DNA from: an uncultured candidate division Zixibacteria bacterium | GTDB lineage: Bacteria; Zixibacteria; MSB-5A5; GN15; FEB-12 | Assembly: GCA_963735035.1 (NCBI GenBank) | Contig: CAVTJJ010000004.1 | Span: 736,001 to 800,000 of the forward strand | Reading direction: 5' to 3' | DNA length: 64,000 nucleotides | Shown here: positions 40,093 through 49,953 of the stretch, one piece after another | How positions within the stretch are numbered: the stretch's first letter is position 1 | Layout of the letters: the number at the start of each line of letters is the position of its first letter | Notes under the pieces: model-generated | What the model saw: the letters and a program-made list of their open reading frames with translations, nothing else | What the model was told of the DNA's origin: nothing | Database searches by the model: none | Made by a program: the position numbers and the translations under genes

Positions 40093-40165
40093 CTCCCGCG
40101 GCTGGACTTGAACCAGCGACCCGCTGATTAACAGTCAGCTGCTCTACCAACTGAGCTACACGGGA
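40093..40165 (-). tRNA. tRNA-Asn(GTT), CCA not encoded
   Basis: TCCCGTG-TAGCTCAGTTGGTAGAGC-A-GCTGA CTGTTAA TCAGC...GGTTCAAGTCC...CGCGGGA-G cloverleaf. Confidence 0.95.
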
Positions 40166-40204
40166 GTATCAAAACAGTCTCCCATTAGATTCAGGGAGAC
40201 GCCT

Positions 40205-40232
40205 ATAATAGACCTTTTCGACATTTTGTCAA
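40205..40232 (-). promoter_or_regulatory. Sigma-70 promoter of tRNA-Asn
   Basis: TTGACA-N16-TATTAT on the minus strand. Confidence 0.6.
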
Positions 40233-40416
40233 TGACTTTTCACCCCCACCAAAGACTTTTCCTCCCCCACAAACGTCCCCCAACCCCTTGCCCGCCCAAT
40301 CATTGACCGGCTTCCACGAGCCTTAGTAGCCCAAACTATGGAACCCCGGCGCGTTCTTTTCGTATCTCTACTCAGTATGGCACGCGACCTCGGGTTAACC
40401 CCAAGTGAGGTGGAAG

Positions 40417-41412
40417 ATGAACAACTATCTTAAGACCGCTCTGATCACAACCCTGGCAGCACTGGCTCTGGTTTCCCTCGCGGTGGCCGGTTCCCGATCA
40501 ACCGCCTGGCTCGGCGTGGTCACTCAGGAAGTCGACCGGCACATCGCAAAAGAGCTATCACTCAAAGACGACTACGGCGCTATTATCGACGATGTCGTGG
40601 CCGACTCTCCGGCCGACAAAATTGGTCTCAAAGAAGACGATGTCATCATCGGCTTCAACTCCGACAAAGTTCGCGACAGCGAAGATCTATCCGACCTTAT
40701 CCATGACTCGAAACCCGGCGATACGGTCAGCCTGACCATCATCAGGGAAGGCGCCGAGCAGAAGATTGCGGTAGAGCTGGGGCGGCAGCCGCGATCCCGA
40801 AGCTGGTTCGGCAACTCCGATTGGTACAGCGTCCCTAATATTCCTTCAGTACCGCCAATTCCCGCAATCCCTGAGGCTCCGGGCGTGTATTCGTTCTATT
40901 CGGGTGATCGACCATATATTGGTGTGACGCTGGTCAGCCTCTCTGAATCAGCCGCCAAGGCGCTCGGTGCGACCAAAGGGGGAGTGTTGGTTGACGATGT
41001 CGAACGCGATTCTCCGGCCGAAACCGCCGGTTTGAAACCGGGAGATTTGATCGTCCAGATCGACAAAGATGAGATATTTGAGACCGAGGACGTTCAGGCG
41101 ATTATCCACGATATGGACGACGGCGACACGGTCCACGTGAGCCTGATCCGCGACCGCAAGCCGTTGACAGTAAACGTCAAAGTCGAACTGGACGAGGGCG
41201 GCGGTTACTCTATCGGCGACAACATTATCCGGGTCGAGGGATTGGGAAGCTCCTGGCACGGGGTGAATCGCCACGGACGTCACGCGTACAGCCCTGACTG
41301 GCAGGAGTACAGCAATGACTCCAAGGAATATCAAAGTGACATGCGCGAGCTGCAGAAGGACCTGGAGAAGATGCGAAAAGAATTGGGCGAAATGAAGAAA
41401 TCGCTTCACTGA
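40417..41412 (+). CDS. Exported tandem-PDZ domain protein without a protease domain
   Basis: Signal peptide; WLGV..SPADKIGLKEDDVI and YIGV..SPAETAGLKPGDLI; C-terminal coiled coil. Confidence 0.85.
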   Translation: MNNYLKTALITTLAALALVSLAVAGSRSTAWLGVVTQEVDRHIAKELSLKDDYGAIIDDVVADSPADKIGLKEDDVIIGFNSDKVRDSEDLSDLIHDSKPGDTVSLTIIREGAEQKIAVELGRQPRSRSWFGNSDWYSVPNIPSVPPIPAIPEAPGVYSFYSGDRPYIGVTLVSLSESAAKALGATKGGVLVDDVERDSPAETAGLKPGDLIVQIDKDEIFETEDVQAIIHDMDDGDTVHVSLIRDRKPLTVNVKVELDEGGGYSIGDNIIRVEGLGSSWHGVNRHGRHAYSPDWQEYSNDSKEYQSDMRELQKDLEKMRKELGEMKKSLH

Positions 41413-41456
41413 GGCGTATAAGAAACCAGAATACAGTTTCCTTTCGAGATATGGTC

Positions 41457-41484
41457 AGGGTCCCGTTCCCGCGGGGCCCTTTTC
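41457..41484 (+). terminator. Rho-independent terminator
   Basis: agggtcccg...cggggccct followed by ttt. Confidence 0.6.
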
Positions 41485-41541
41485 ATTGTCGCTAATTTCA
41501 TTGTTGCCATCGGCTTGAGAGGTCGGCTATATTCCGAAGCC

Positions 41542-42513
41542 ATGGCAGAGATCACGGTTGACAAACTTTACGAAGGGCGCAAGCGCGACCTGGAGCTTAC
41601 TCTGGTCGCCGGCGGTGAGGCCAGTCTCAAGCGCAAAATCACCAACCCGGAACTGCACCGTCCCGGTCTGGCGCTGGCCGGATATTTCGACCGGTTTCCC
41701 GCCGAACGGATTCAGATTCTCGGACAGACCGAGATGGCGTTTCTCAAGACCCTCTCGCGTGAAGCCCTCGAGTTGATTTCGGAGCGAATTTTCGAAGCCA
41801 ACATTCCGTTGTTGATTATCGCCAAGGGAATCACGCCGCCCACTGAACTCGCTCACGTGTCCGACAAACGCCATGTCCCGATCTTTGTCAGTCGCCTGAC
41901 CACCACCGATTTGATCACCCGGCTCGGCGCTTATCTCGACCACATGTTTGCCCCGTCGACCAATGTCCACGGCACGCTGGTGGACGTCTACGGAGTCGGG
42001 CTGCTCTATACCGGGAAGTCGGGGATCGGCAAGTCCGAGGTCGCGCTCGATCTGGTGGAGCGCGGGCATCGTCTGGTCGCCGACGATGTGGTCAAAGTCA
42101 CCCGCATGGCCCCGGACGTGTTGATCGGTATCAGCTCCGAACTGCTCGGCCATCACATGGAAATACGCGGGGTGGGAATTATCGATGTCGAAGAGTTGTT
42201 CGGGATACGTTCGATCCGGCTTCAGAAACGTATCGAAGTCGAGGTGCGCCTCGTGCTTTGGTCGGAGACGGAAACTTACGAGCGGCTCGGGCTCGAAGAA
42301 CAAACGACGACTATACTGGGGGTTAAGATCCCGATTCTATATGTTCCGATTTCGCCGGGTAAGAACATCACCGTGATTTCGGAAGTGATTGCGATGAATC
42401 ACATGCTCAAGGTATACGGCGAAAACTCGGCAGTGGAGTTGTCGAAGAAGCTGGCGCAGCGGTTGAGCCGTCAGTCGAGTGTTCAGGACTACCTTGAGGC
42501 GGACTACGAGTAG
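41542..42513 (+). CDS. hprK: HPr kinase/phosphorylase
   Basis: HRPGLALAG, GKSGIGKSE, LVADD, MEIRGVGII. Confidence 0.95.
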   Translation: MAEITVDKLYEGRKRDLELTLVAGGEASLKRKITNPELHRPGLALAGYFDRFPAERIQILGQTEMAFLKTLSREALELISERIFEANIPLLIIAKGITPPTELAHVSDKRHVPIFVSRLTTTDLITRLGAYLDHMFAPSTNVHGTLVDVYGVGLLYTGKSGIGKSEVALDLVERGHRLVADDVVKVTRMAPDVLIGISSELLGHHMEIRGVGIIDVEELFGIRSIRLQKRIEVEVRLVLWSETETYERLGLEEQTTTILGVKIPILYVPISPGKNITVISEVIAMNHMLKVYGENSAVELSKKLAQRLSRQSSVQDYLEADYE

Positions 42514-42706
42514 GCTGCACCCGTCTTTTTCCCGCTTTACATAGAACCGTGTCGCACGTTACTTCTTAGGGACGGGAATAGTCTTTTCGTTATTCTGTGC
42601 GAAGGAGGCGGTCGCGAAACAGATGCGAACAACAATAGACAGCGCGAAAACGCCGGTCTTGCTGGCGATTGGGAGCTTAGGCAAATTTCATACTAACGAG
42701 GGCGCG

Positions 42707-43732
42707 ATGAAGAAGCACTTGGTTGGGGCCTGTCTAGTTTTGGTATTGGTTGCGGTTTTGGCCGGACCGGCGAACAGCTCACCGCCGCGGGCACCTGAGT
42801 GTGCGGACTGTAAACTCGAACCGGCGACCCTGCCTTCAGACGGAGGCCCTGTGGACTTTCTTTTCAGTTTCAAGATGAAACCTGGCAACGAATGCGATTC
42901 GGCTACAGTGCTGATCAGACCTGCCAAGAAGATGTCCTACAAAGGCCCTTCAATGATGAAAGTCCATCTTTCACCCAGCGGAGAGTACTCAACTAGAATA
43001 CCGGTAGTAGTGGCAGCAAATGATACGTCAGCCATATTAATCGACCTGTGGTGCCACGAATGTGATCAACCGATAGTCAAGACCATAATCACAATTAATG
43101 ATACAGTCACAGTGCTCAACTATCTTCCTACACCAAGCGGGCCGGAACAACCCCGCAAACAGCGCAGGATCGATTTTACCGACACCGTTCGCCACCCATC
43201 ATCGTCGGATGTTGTGGGGTCTGGGCGAGCGACTATGGGGCGCATGCCAAAGCCAATGACTACGATTGAAATGGCAGCAGCCGACGGCCAAACCGGACGG
43301 GTGACGCTGCGAGTCACTATTGAAGTGAGGCAGTATGTGAGAGAAGTAGATTTGAGGGTGGATACAGCCTCGGTCGTCCTGCAAGAGGGCGTCTCATTTC
43401 AGAGCCAAGTAGAAGAGGGGCAGAAAGAGGTTCAGTTCCTCGTTCCACTGAACATACCGGTGGGGGACACTGTTGCCGTCTTCTTTACCGCTATTGAGAA
43501 GAAGGTTCCCCTGCAGGGGCAGGTCTTCCGAGAAACTACCACAACCGATGGCAATGGCAAGGTGCAAACCGTCCGCGAGTTGGTCGAGCCCCTTGACGAG
43601 TATTGCCGCTTAGGTCTGAGATATATTTTTTGGGTGAACGGCACACTGGAGATGCGGGACCCCTACCAAATGGGCCGGCCTAAAGGCAACATGCATATAG
43701 AAACACCTAATGCGCATTCTCGTCCGTATTAG
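42707..43732 (+). CDS. Hypothetical secreted protein
   Basis: MKKH signal peptide; long beta-rich ORF; no recognisable motif. Confidence 0.6.
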   Translation: MKKHLVGACLVLVLVAVLAGPANSSPPRAPECADCKLEPATLPSDGGPVDFLFSFKMKPGNECDSATVLIRPAKKMSYKGPSMMKVHLSPSGEYSTRIPVVVAANDTSAILIDLWCHECDQPIVKTIITINDTVTVLNYLPTPSGPEQPRKQRRIDFTDTVRHPSSSDVVGSGRATMGRMPKPMTTIEMAAADGQTGRVTLRVTIEVRQYVREVDLRVDTASVVLQEGVSFQSQVEEGQKEVQFLVPLNIPVGDTVAVFFTAIEKKVPLQGQVFRETTTTDGNGKVQTVRELVEPLDEYCRLGLRYIFWVNGTLEMRDPYQMGRPKGNMHIETPNAHSRPY

Positions 43733-43783
43733 TATCTTGACCGGACAGGCAGAGGCGACTCAACTTCGGCGGGTGCTCAGGCA

Positions 43784-44046
43784 CGGGTGCCCCCAACGCT
43801 TGCGTTGGGTGAGGATTGAGTGTATTCTATTGGCAGGAATCATATCTTGTTTGTGTGGGTGATGATCTCGTGGGAAATTGTCAAGACACCGATGGATTCT
43901 GTGACTAACCTGTTTACGGGTAGGATGCGAGAAGGGTGCGTGGCGCCTGACGCATTACAATTGGTATATGGGTGTACGGATGTGCCGATCTCGATGGACG
44001 AGGTTTATTTCGCAATCTAATCCCAACGCAAGCGTTGGGGCACCCG
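43784..44046. repeat. Inverted pair of REP-like hairpin elements
   Basis: cgggtgcccccaacgcttgcgttggg (43784-43809) and cccaacgcaagcgttggggcacccg (44022-44046). Confidence 0.8.
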
Positions 44047-44168
44047 GCTCCCTCACTGCATTATCACTGTCAATCTTGAACGGGATATGGTGGGGCACCC
44101 GGCATTTTGCCTCACTAACGCAAACCTTCTGGTCATCGAACACCAGATCACAGTATGAGGACTAGCCT

Positions 44169-45434
44169 ATGGACGATACCTTCCCAGCCTGGCTAAAGGC
44201 AATGCAGAATGGTTCAATTGGTGAAGCTCGTACGAGAGCATTTTTGCTCGACCGTTTTTGGATATTAGAGCGCAGTGTCGACATTGATGGCGTTGACTTC
44301 ATTATTCAGCGCCGACTCACCACACAAAATCTCTTGGATAGGAATCCGCCGCGATTTGGGGTAGTCCAATCGAAGTTCTTTGCCGGACCTGACACTACTC
44401 ACTTTGTTCCTAAATCCTACCTAGTTGACAAGGACAACCAAATTCGCAAGGAATTCTTCCTGTTGTGTCATAATGGTACTGCCGACAAAGCCCGGAGTTT
44501 TTTGCTCACGGCAGACGACCTAGTCAAAGGTTTTGAAACAGAAGAGACCGACAAAGTCAAAATACCAGGTCGTATATTGCTAAACGAACCAAAATTCGAA
44601 GTAAAGGCTCATGACCTAGCGCTTGACCGTATGGAGAGGACTCTGTCATTAGCGGAATTCACGAACAACCGAGCTTTCTTGTCATGGTTTATCCCACAAG
44701 TCGAATTAGATCCGTCTAACATCGACGCTATTTATCAAGAGCCAATAGACAATTGGTGGGGAGATATTCCACCGGCGTTTGCCGATATGCGGAGGACTGC
44801 TCAAAAGGCGATCTATTGTCTGGATGAAGCAAGGGACCCACTTCAAGAAATCGTCAAATCTAGTGATCCGGAGTATGCATTGTCGCTCGCCGAACAGTTT
44901 TTCGCCTCCTACGGCTCATATGATAATGTACGTGTCACGCTTCCCAAAAACTTATATAACGAGGAGTTTCATACTGTGGTACTCCAGCACAAGAAACGGG
45001 TTACAACACTCCGTGACGCTGGACTGCTCGATGCATTTCTCTTGCTAAAGAAACAAGCGGTTGAGAAACTTCTCGATGACTTGGTGGCGAAACCGCCTAT
45101 TGACGGCAAGATCGTTCACCAACTTACTATCATATACAACCCAACAGATTTTTCTGGCGTCCAGATATCCAGTTCATACCTTTCCATCGATCAATTCTCA
45201 CGAGCACCAGACAAGAAAGGCCAGTTGGGGCATGAGGCACCCGATCTAAATACTTGGCTTCAAAAGGGCGAGCCGGGCTTTGTCGTCTATTGTTGGACGC
45301 CAGGCCGGTTTGCGTTTCAGGACAAGGATAAAACGGAAGGCTGGAAATCATACTATGCAGGCAAGGGCTTCATACCGATTGCAGATCTGATGAATACCAT
45401 ATATGAACTGCGATTTGGCGAATGGACTTGTTGA
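44169..45434 (+). CDS. PD-(D/E)XK-like nuclease-domain protein (DUF4365-like N-terminus)
   Basis: GSIGE, ERSVDIDGVDFII, VQSK; more AT-rich than its neighbours. Confidence 0.6.
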   Translation: MDDTFPAWLKAMQNGSIGEARTRAFLLDRFWILERSVDIDGVDFIIQRRLTTQNLLDRNPPRFGVVQSKFFAGPDTTHFVPKSYLVDKDNQIRKEFFLLCHNGTADKARSFLLTADDLVKGFETEETDKVKIPGRILLNEPKFEVKAHDLALDRMERTLSLAEFTNNRAFLSWFIPQVELDPSNIDAIYQEPIDNWWGDIPPAFADMRRTAQKAIYCLDEARDPLQEIVKSSDPEYALSLAEQFFASYGSYDNVRVTLPKNLYNEEFHTVVLQHKKRVTTLRDAGLLDAFLLLKKQAVEKLLDDLVAKPPIDGKIVHQLTIIYNPTDFSGVQISSSYLSIDQFSRAPDKKGQLGHEAPDLNTWLQKGEPGFVVYCWTPGRFAFQDKDKTEGWKSYYAGKGFIPIADLMNTIYELRFGEWTC

Positions 45435-45631
45435 CTTTGTTCCACTATACCACATTTGGCAGGTGGGCCACCAAGACTTCTGTCTCACAATAAGCCTCCT
45501 TCGATCCCCCCGAAAACGCTTGGCGAAAGCCCCCCTACCTGTTATCTATACCGGCTGACCCGGCTGCCCCCCGGAACTCCGAACAGCCGGAGCAGTACAA
45601 TAGACGGTTACGCTTTGGAGGAAGAATTTCG

Positions 45632-47365
45632 ATGACCGCATCAAGAATAGTCGCAGTCCTTATGCTCGCGGCCCTAGTCGCCGCATTTGCCCTAAATTGC
45701 GGCAAGAGTGACGCCGACGTGGTTGCCGAGGTCGGCAACGAAAAAGTGACAGTCCGTGATTTCCAGGAATTTCTGGAAAGAAACCCGGTCGGATTTCGCA
45801 CGGCCCAGGATGAATTCGACGGCAAAAAGAAGCTCCTGGACAGCCTTATCAACCACACCCTGCTGGTACAGGCAGCCTACGCCAAGCATATCGATTCTTC
45901 GCCCGAAGTGGCTCGTATCCTGGACGCCAACCGCTCCCGGTTCCTGCTTGATGCGCTCTACCATGTCCGGATTGACAACAAAATCAATGTCACCGAGGCC
46001 GAACTGCGGCAGATTTACGACGACCTGCAGTACCAGATTCGCGCTTTTCATATCCTGTTCGACAATCCCGACACCGCCCAGATGGTCTTTAATAAGCTGA
46101 AAGCCGGCGCCAATTTCGAGGAAATGGCCTATCAATACTCGATCGATCCGAACGCCAGGCGTGATCGTGGCGATATGGGATATTTTATTCGTGGCACCGG
46201 CCCGGAAGAAATCGAAAGAGTGATTTTCAAACTGGACGTCGGCGAGATCACGCCGCCTTTCAAGAGTTCATACGGTTATCACATCATCAAAGTGGTCGAC
46301 AAGAAGCCGAACGATTCTCGCGAACCGTACGCCCGCCTGAGACCGCAACTGTATGAGCAGGCTCTCATGGCGAAGCGCGCGGAACTAAGCGGGGCGTATC
46401 TGGATAGCATCAAGTCGGTCTATCCGGTCACTGTCGATACGACGGTCGCGAACTACATCACTCACAAACGCGCCACACTGTATCCGCCCCAGGTCGTGGA
46501 GAAACTGTCCAAGTCGGATTTCGACGACACCCAGTTGGATCGCGATGAAAAGGAATTGGTCCTGGCGACCTGGGACGGCGGTCAGTGCACGCTCATAGAT
46601 TATCTCATGACAGTGCGGCGCTATCTTCCGCCGGAAGAGCGTCCGAATTTCGACGATTACGATTCCCTCGGACGGGTTATCGGTGACCTCAAGCGCCCTG
46701 AAATGCTGGTCCATGAGGCCGAGAAGGGGAAGATTGCCGAAAGCGAATTCTTCCAGCACAAGTTCAAGGTTTTCGAGCGCTATACGATAGCCGAGATCAT
46801 GCGCAACGACTCGATCCCCTCGCCCGCGCCGCCGTCGGAACAGGAACTTCGGGACTACTACGACAAGAACCGCGAGCAATACCTCGTTCCGGCACAGGTG
46901 CATCTGTACGAAATTCTGGTCAGTGACCAGATGCTGGCTCAGAAACTGGTACGTGAGATCAAGACGCTCGAACAATTCGAGAGCAAAGCCGCCCAGATCA
47001 CCGAACGCTCGGTAGCGCGGGTCAAGCGGGGCGATCTCGGGTTTGTCGACTCCGTTCGTTTCCCGGTTGTTTTCGCGGCTGCCCGCCGTATTCCTATCGG
47101 AACGGTCGGCGGACCGATCCCGGATCGGGGCAAGTTCTCGGTCGTCTGGCCGGCGCAATGGACTCAGGAAACGTACGAAGACTTCCTGAACGTTAAGGAT
47201 GCTATCTCTGAGAAGATGGCGGTAGAAAACAAGAATCAGACCATCAACGACTGGCTGAAGAAGCAGCGCGAAAGTGCCAATGTCGAGGTGAACGACAACG
47301 CGATTTGGAGCATGATCGACAAGGAACTGTACAACACTTCGGGGAGTACCACAACCAATCCATGA
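45632..47365 (+). CDS. Parvulin-type peptidyl-prolyl isomerase lipoprotein (two PPIase domains)
   Basis: LNC lipobox; HIL, FEEMAYQYSID, GDMGYF, YGYHIIKV. Confidence 0.88.
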   Translation: MTASRIVAVLMLAALVAAFALNCGKSDADVVAEVGNEKVTVRDFQEFLERNPVGFRTAQDEFDGKKKLLDSLINHTLLVQAAYAKHIDSSPEVARILDANRSRFLLDALYHVRIDNKINVTEAELRQIYDDLQYQIRAFHILFDNPDTAQMVFNKLKAGANFEEMAYQYSIDPNARRDRGDMGYFIRGTGPEEIERVIFKLDVGEITPPFKSSYGYHIIKVVDKKPNDSREPYARLRPQLYEQALMAKRAELSGAYLDSIKSVYPVTVDTTVANYITHKRATLYPPQVVEKLSKSDFDDTQLDRDEKELVLATWDGGQCTLIDYLMTVRRYLPPEERPNFDDYDSLGRVIGDLKRPEMLVHEAEKGKIAESEFFQHKFKVFERYTIAEIMRNDSIPSPAPPSEQELRDYYDKNREQYLVPAQVHLYEILVSDQMLAQKLVREIKTLEQFESKAAQITERSVARVKRGDLGFVDSVRFPVVFAAARRIPIGTVGGPIPDRGKFSVVWPAQWTQETYEDFLNVKDAISEKMAVENKNQTINDWLKKQRESANVEVNDNAIWSMIDKELYNTSGSTTTNP

Positions 47366-48678
47366 TAGGGCGAATTACGACACTTCTGCTCGCGGCCTTT
47401 ACGGTCGTGGGCGTGGCGACTGCCGCCACCCCGGACAGCGCCGACACGGTGGACAAGATCGCCGTCGTGGTCGGAGACGAGGCCATCCTGACCTCGGAAC
47501 TGGCCAACCAGATTCAGATGGTCGCGTTTCAGACCGGCCAGCGACCTGAAAAGCCGGACGAGGTACTCAAGTTCCAGAAACAGGTACTGGAGCAAATGAT
47601 TTCCGACAAGCTGTTTCTGATGGAGGCCAAGAAGGATACCACCATCGAGATCCGGCCGGAAGAGGTCCAGCAGGCGCTGGATGAGCAGATCGCCAAGGTG
47701 GTCGAGAATTTCGGCTCGGAGGCGGCGTTTATCAAGGCTCTCGAAGCGGAAGGCATGACGTTGCGCGATTTGCGGCGTCAGTACGAGCAGGAGATTCAGA
47801 ACAACCTGCTCCGGCAGCGTTACATTCAGCAGAAACTTTACAGTGTTTCGGTCTCCAAATTCGAAGTCGATAAGTTCTTCAAGGATTTCCGCGATTCTAT
47901 CCCCAATCAGCCTGAGGGCGTCAAACTGGCCCACGTGCTCTTGTCCGTGAAACCGTCGAAAGCGATCGAGGATTCGGTTCGTACCGAGGCGGAACAACTG
48001 CGGCAACGCATCGTGGACGGGGCTGATTTCGCGTCTATTTCGTCGCAGTATTCCAGCATGGGAGCCGGCGCCAACGGGGGTGATCTCGGTTTTGTCGAAG
48101 CTGCTGATATGGTGCCAGAATTTGCATCGGCCGCTTTCAAACTGAAAGAGGGCGAAGTCTCCGCGCCCGTGCGGACCCAATTCGGCTTTCATGTGATCAA
48201 GTGTGAAGGACGACGGGGCGAGCAGGCGCATTTGAGACACCTGCTCCTGAGTGTGGTGCCGTCGGCTCAGGATACCGCTTTGACCATCGCTCTGGCCGAC
48301 TCTCTCATGCAGGCGGCTCGTAACGGCGCTGATTTCGGCGAGATTGCCAAGACCTATTCACAGGACGATGCTTCCCGGGCCCAGGGCGGTGAGTTGGGTT
48401 GGTTTGCGGTCGGCCAGTTGCCCGAAGATTTCGTTCCGGTTGTTTCCGGCTGGACTACGGCGGGGGAATACCGAGGCCCGGTAAAGTCGAAGTTCGGAAT
48501 TCATATTCTCAAGCTCTTGGAATATCAGCCCGCCAAGGTTCTGACTCTGGAAGGCGATTTCGACCGGATCAAAGAGCTGGCCCGTCAGGACAAGACCGGC
48601 AAGATGGTCGATAAGTGGATCGAAGATTTGAAGAAAAAGACTTACGTCGATTACCGATTGGAAGGCTTCAATAAGTGA
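47362..48678 (+). CDS. surA: SurA-like chaperone/PPIase
   Basis: VDKIAVVV N-terminal domain; two parvulin domains (GGDLGF, QFGFHVIK; GGELGWF, FGIHILK). Confidence 0.85.
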   Translation: MIGRITTLLLAAFTVVGVATAATPDSADTVDKIAVVVGDEAILTSELANQIQMVAFQTGQRPEKPDEVLKFQKQVLEQMISDKLFLMEAKKDTTIEIRPEEVQQALDEQIAKVVENFGSEAAFIKALEAEGMTLRDLRRQYEQEIQNNLLRQRYIQQKLYSVSVSKFEVDKFFKDFRDSIPNQPEGVKLAHVLLSVKPSKAIEDSVRTEAEQLRQRIVDGADFASISSQYSSMGAGANGGDLGFVEAADMVPEFASAAFKLKEGEVSAPVRTQFGFHVIKCEGRRGEQAHLRHLLLSVVPSAQDTALTIALADSLMQAARNGADFGEIAKTYSQDDASRAQGGELGWFAVGQLPEDFVPVVSGWTTAGEYRGPVKSKFGIHILKLLEYQPAKVLTLEGDFDRIKELARQDKTGKMVDKWIEDLKKKTYVDYRLEGFNK

Positions 48679-48923
48679 GGATTGACGACTTCCTCTCCAC
48701 CGTGGGAGTAGTCAAACGACGGACGGTGGCGAAAGAGCTCGGAGTGGGCGGCCTGCTCGAAGTAAACGGCCGCAAGGTGAAACCGGCTTATGATGTCGAA
48801 GTAGGCGATATCATCCGCATCAGGGGTTCCCGACCATTCGCCCTCGAAGTTCTCTCAGTTCCAACCGGATCGGTTTCCAAAGACCACCGCGCCAGCTACT
48901 ATAAAGAGATTCCGACCAGTTGA
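48675..48923 (+). CDS. S4-domain RNA-binding protein (Hsp15/YabO-like)
   Basis: MRIDDFL..KRRTVAKE..VNG..KPA..V.VGD. Confidence 0.88.
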   Translation: MRIDDFLSTVGVVKRRTVAKELGVGGLLEVNGRKVKPAYDVEVGDIIRIRGSRPFALEVLSVPTGSVSKDHRASYYKEIPTS

Positions 48924-49170
48924 TAGAGCAGGCTCTTTGCTCGCTTATTTTGCTGACAGGCAAGAACTTAGGCCATTACCGCATGACGCAATCGAAGCTT
49001 CCGATAATATTAGTGAGAAGTCCCGGCTTGGAACTTAGACTGGCTAATATTGTTCAAAACCAGGATAGGGTGCGATGTGTGTCTGAGACATTCATTGACC
49101 TATGACGAAAAACAGATATATTTGGACCAGAAGTTAAGATCGTTTGGGCGTATTAAGAGGAGTATTTCAC

Positions 49171-49785
49171 ATGAAGAGAGTTCTTTCTGTAACGTTCTGT
49201 TTTCTGGCTCTGGCCGCGTTGGTAGTGGTCCCGGCCAGTGCATTCGCCGGCGAAGGTTGCGCGATGTCAAAGACTGCCACCACGACTACGGCGACCACGG
49301 CCAAGATGTGCCCGGCCGGTGAAGCTGCGTCCTGCGCTGCCAAGCTGGGTATGCCGGCTGAAGAATGCCAGAAGCTTTGTGCTACCGGCGAATATACGAT
49401 GGTCAATATGTCAATTAAGGGCATGACCTGCACCGGCTGCGAAAGCACTATCAGCACCTGCCTGTCTACCGTACCGGGCGTGGTGAAAGTCGGCAAAGTC
49501 AGCTATCAGGAAGGCACCGCGTACGTTCTGGTCGACCCGAAAGTGGTCAAGAACGATGTTATGCTGAAGTCGATCGGTGACAAGGGCTACACTGCTGAAG
49601 TCATCCCGGCCGTCTCTTTGACCCCGGTTGGCACTCAGCTTACCGGTGATGCCAAGCATCCGTGCGGCACTGCTGCTGCCGCTGGTTGCGGTGCGAAGTG
49701 CACCAAGTCTTGTGGTCCGGCCACGGCCAAGACCGATACGAAGACTGAAACGAAGACTGAAACGAAGGCTGAAGGCAGCAAGTAG
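49171..49785 (+). CDS. Exported heavy-metal-associated (HMA) domain protein with Cys-rich flanks
   Basis: Signal peptide; GMTCTGC; RBS GAGGAG. Confidence 0.8.
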   Translation: MKRVLSVTFCFLALAALVVVPASAFAGEGCAMSKTATTTTATTAKMCPAGEAASCAAKLGMPAEECQKLCATGEYTMVNMSIKGMTCTGCESTISTCLSTVPGVVKVGKVSYQEGTAYVLVDPKVVKNDVMLKSIGDKGYTAEVIPAVSLTPVGTQLTGDAKHPCGTAAAAGCGAKCTKSCGPATAKTDTKTETKTETKAEGSK

Positions 49786-49807
49786 GTTCAGTCGTTTCCA
49801 AGTGACG

Positions 49808-49839
49808 TAAGGCGGGATTTCGATCCCGCCTTATTTTTT
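49808..49839 (+). terminator. Rho-independent terminator
   Basis: taaggcgggat-ttcg-atcccgcctta-tttttt. Confidence 0.8.
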
Positions 49840-49953
49840 GTCGATCCGGAGACGTCTCGGATCGATGTTGGCGGGAACGATGTTAGAATGTATAATGCCG
49901 ATAAAGCGCGTTAAGGCTCTCAACTGATCGGCTCATAGAAACGTCTGAGATTC

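Larger units (their letters stand above)
35093..40107. mobile_element. tRNA-Asn-anchored island without integrase, carrying Rhs tip/immunity cassettes
   Basis: 17-bp direct repeat agctcccgcggctggac at 35093-35109 and 40091-40107 (tRNA 3' end); visibly more AT-rich cargo. Confidence 0.8.

Noticed and set aside
41527..48240. Long antisense ORFs (e.g. 41527-42303, 47236-48240; also 22638-23648 and 56170-56961)
   Set aside because: Shadows of well-supported genes on the opposite strand in GC-rich DNA
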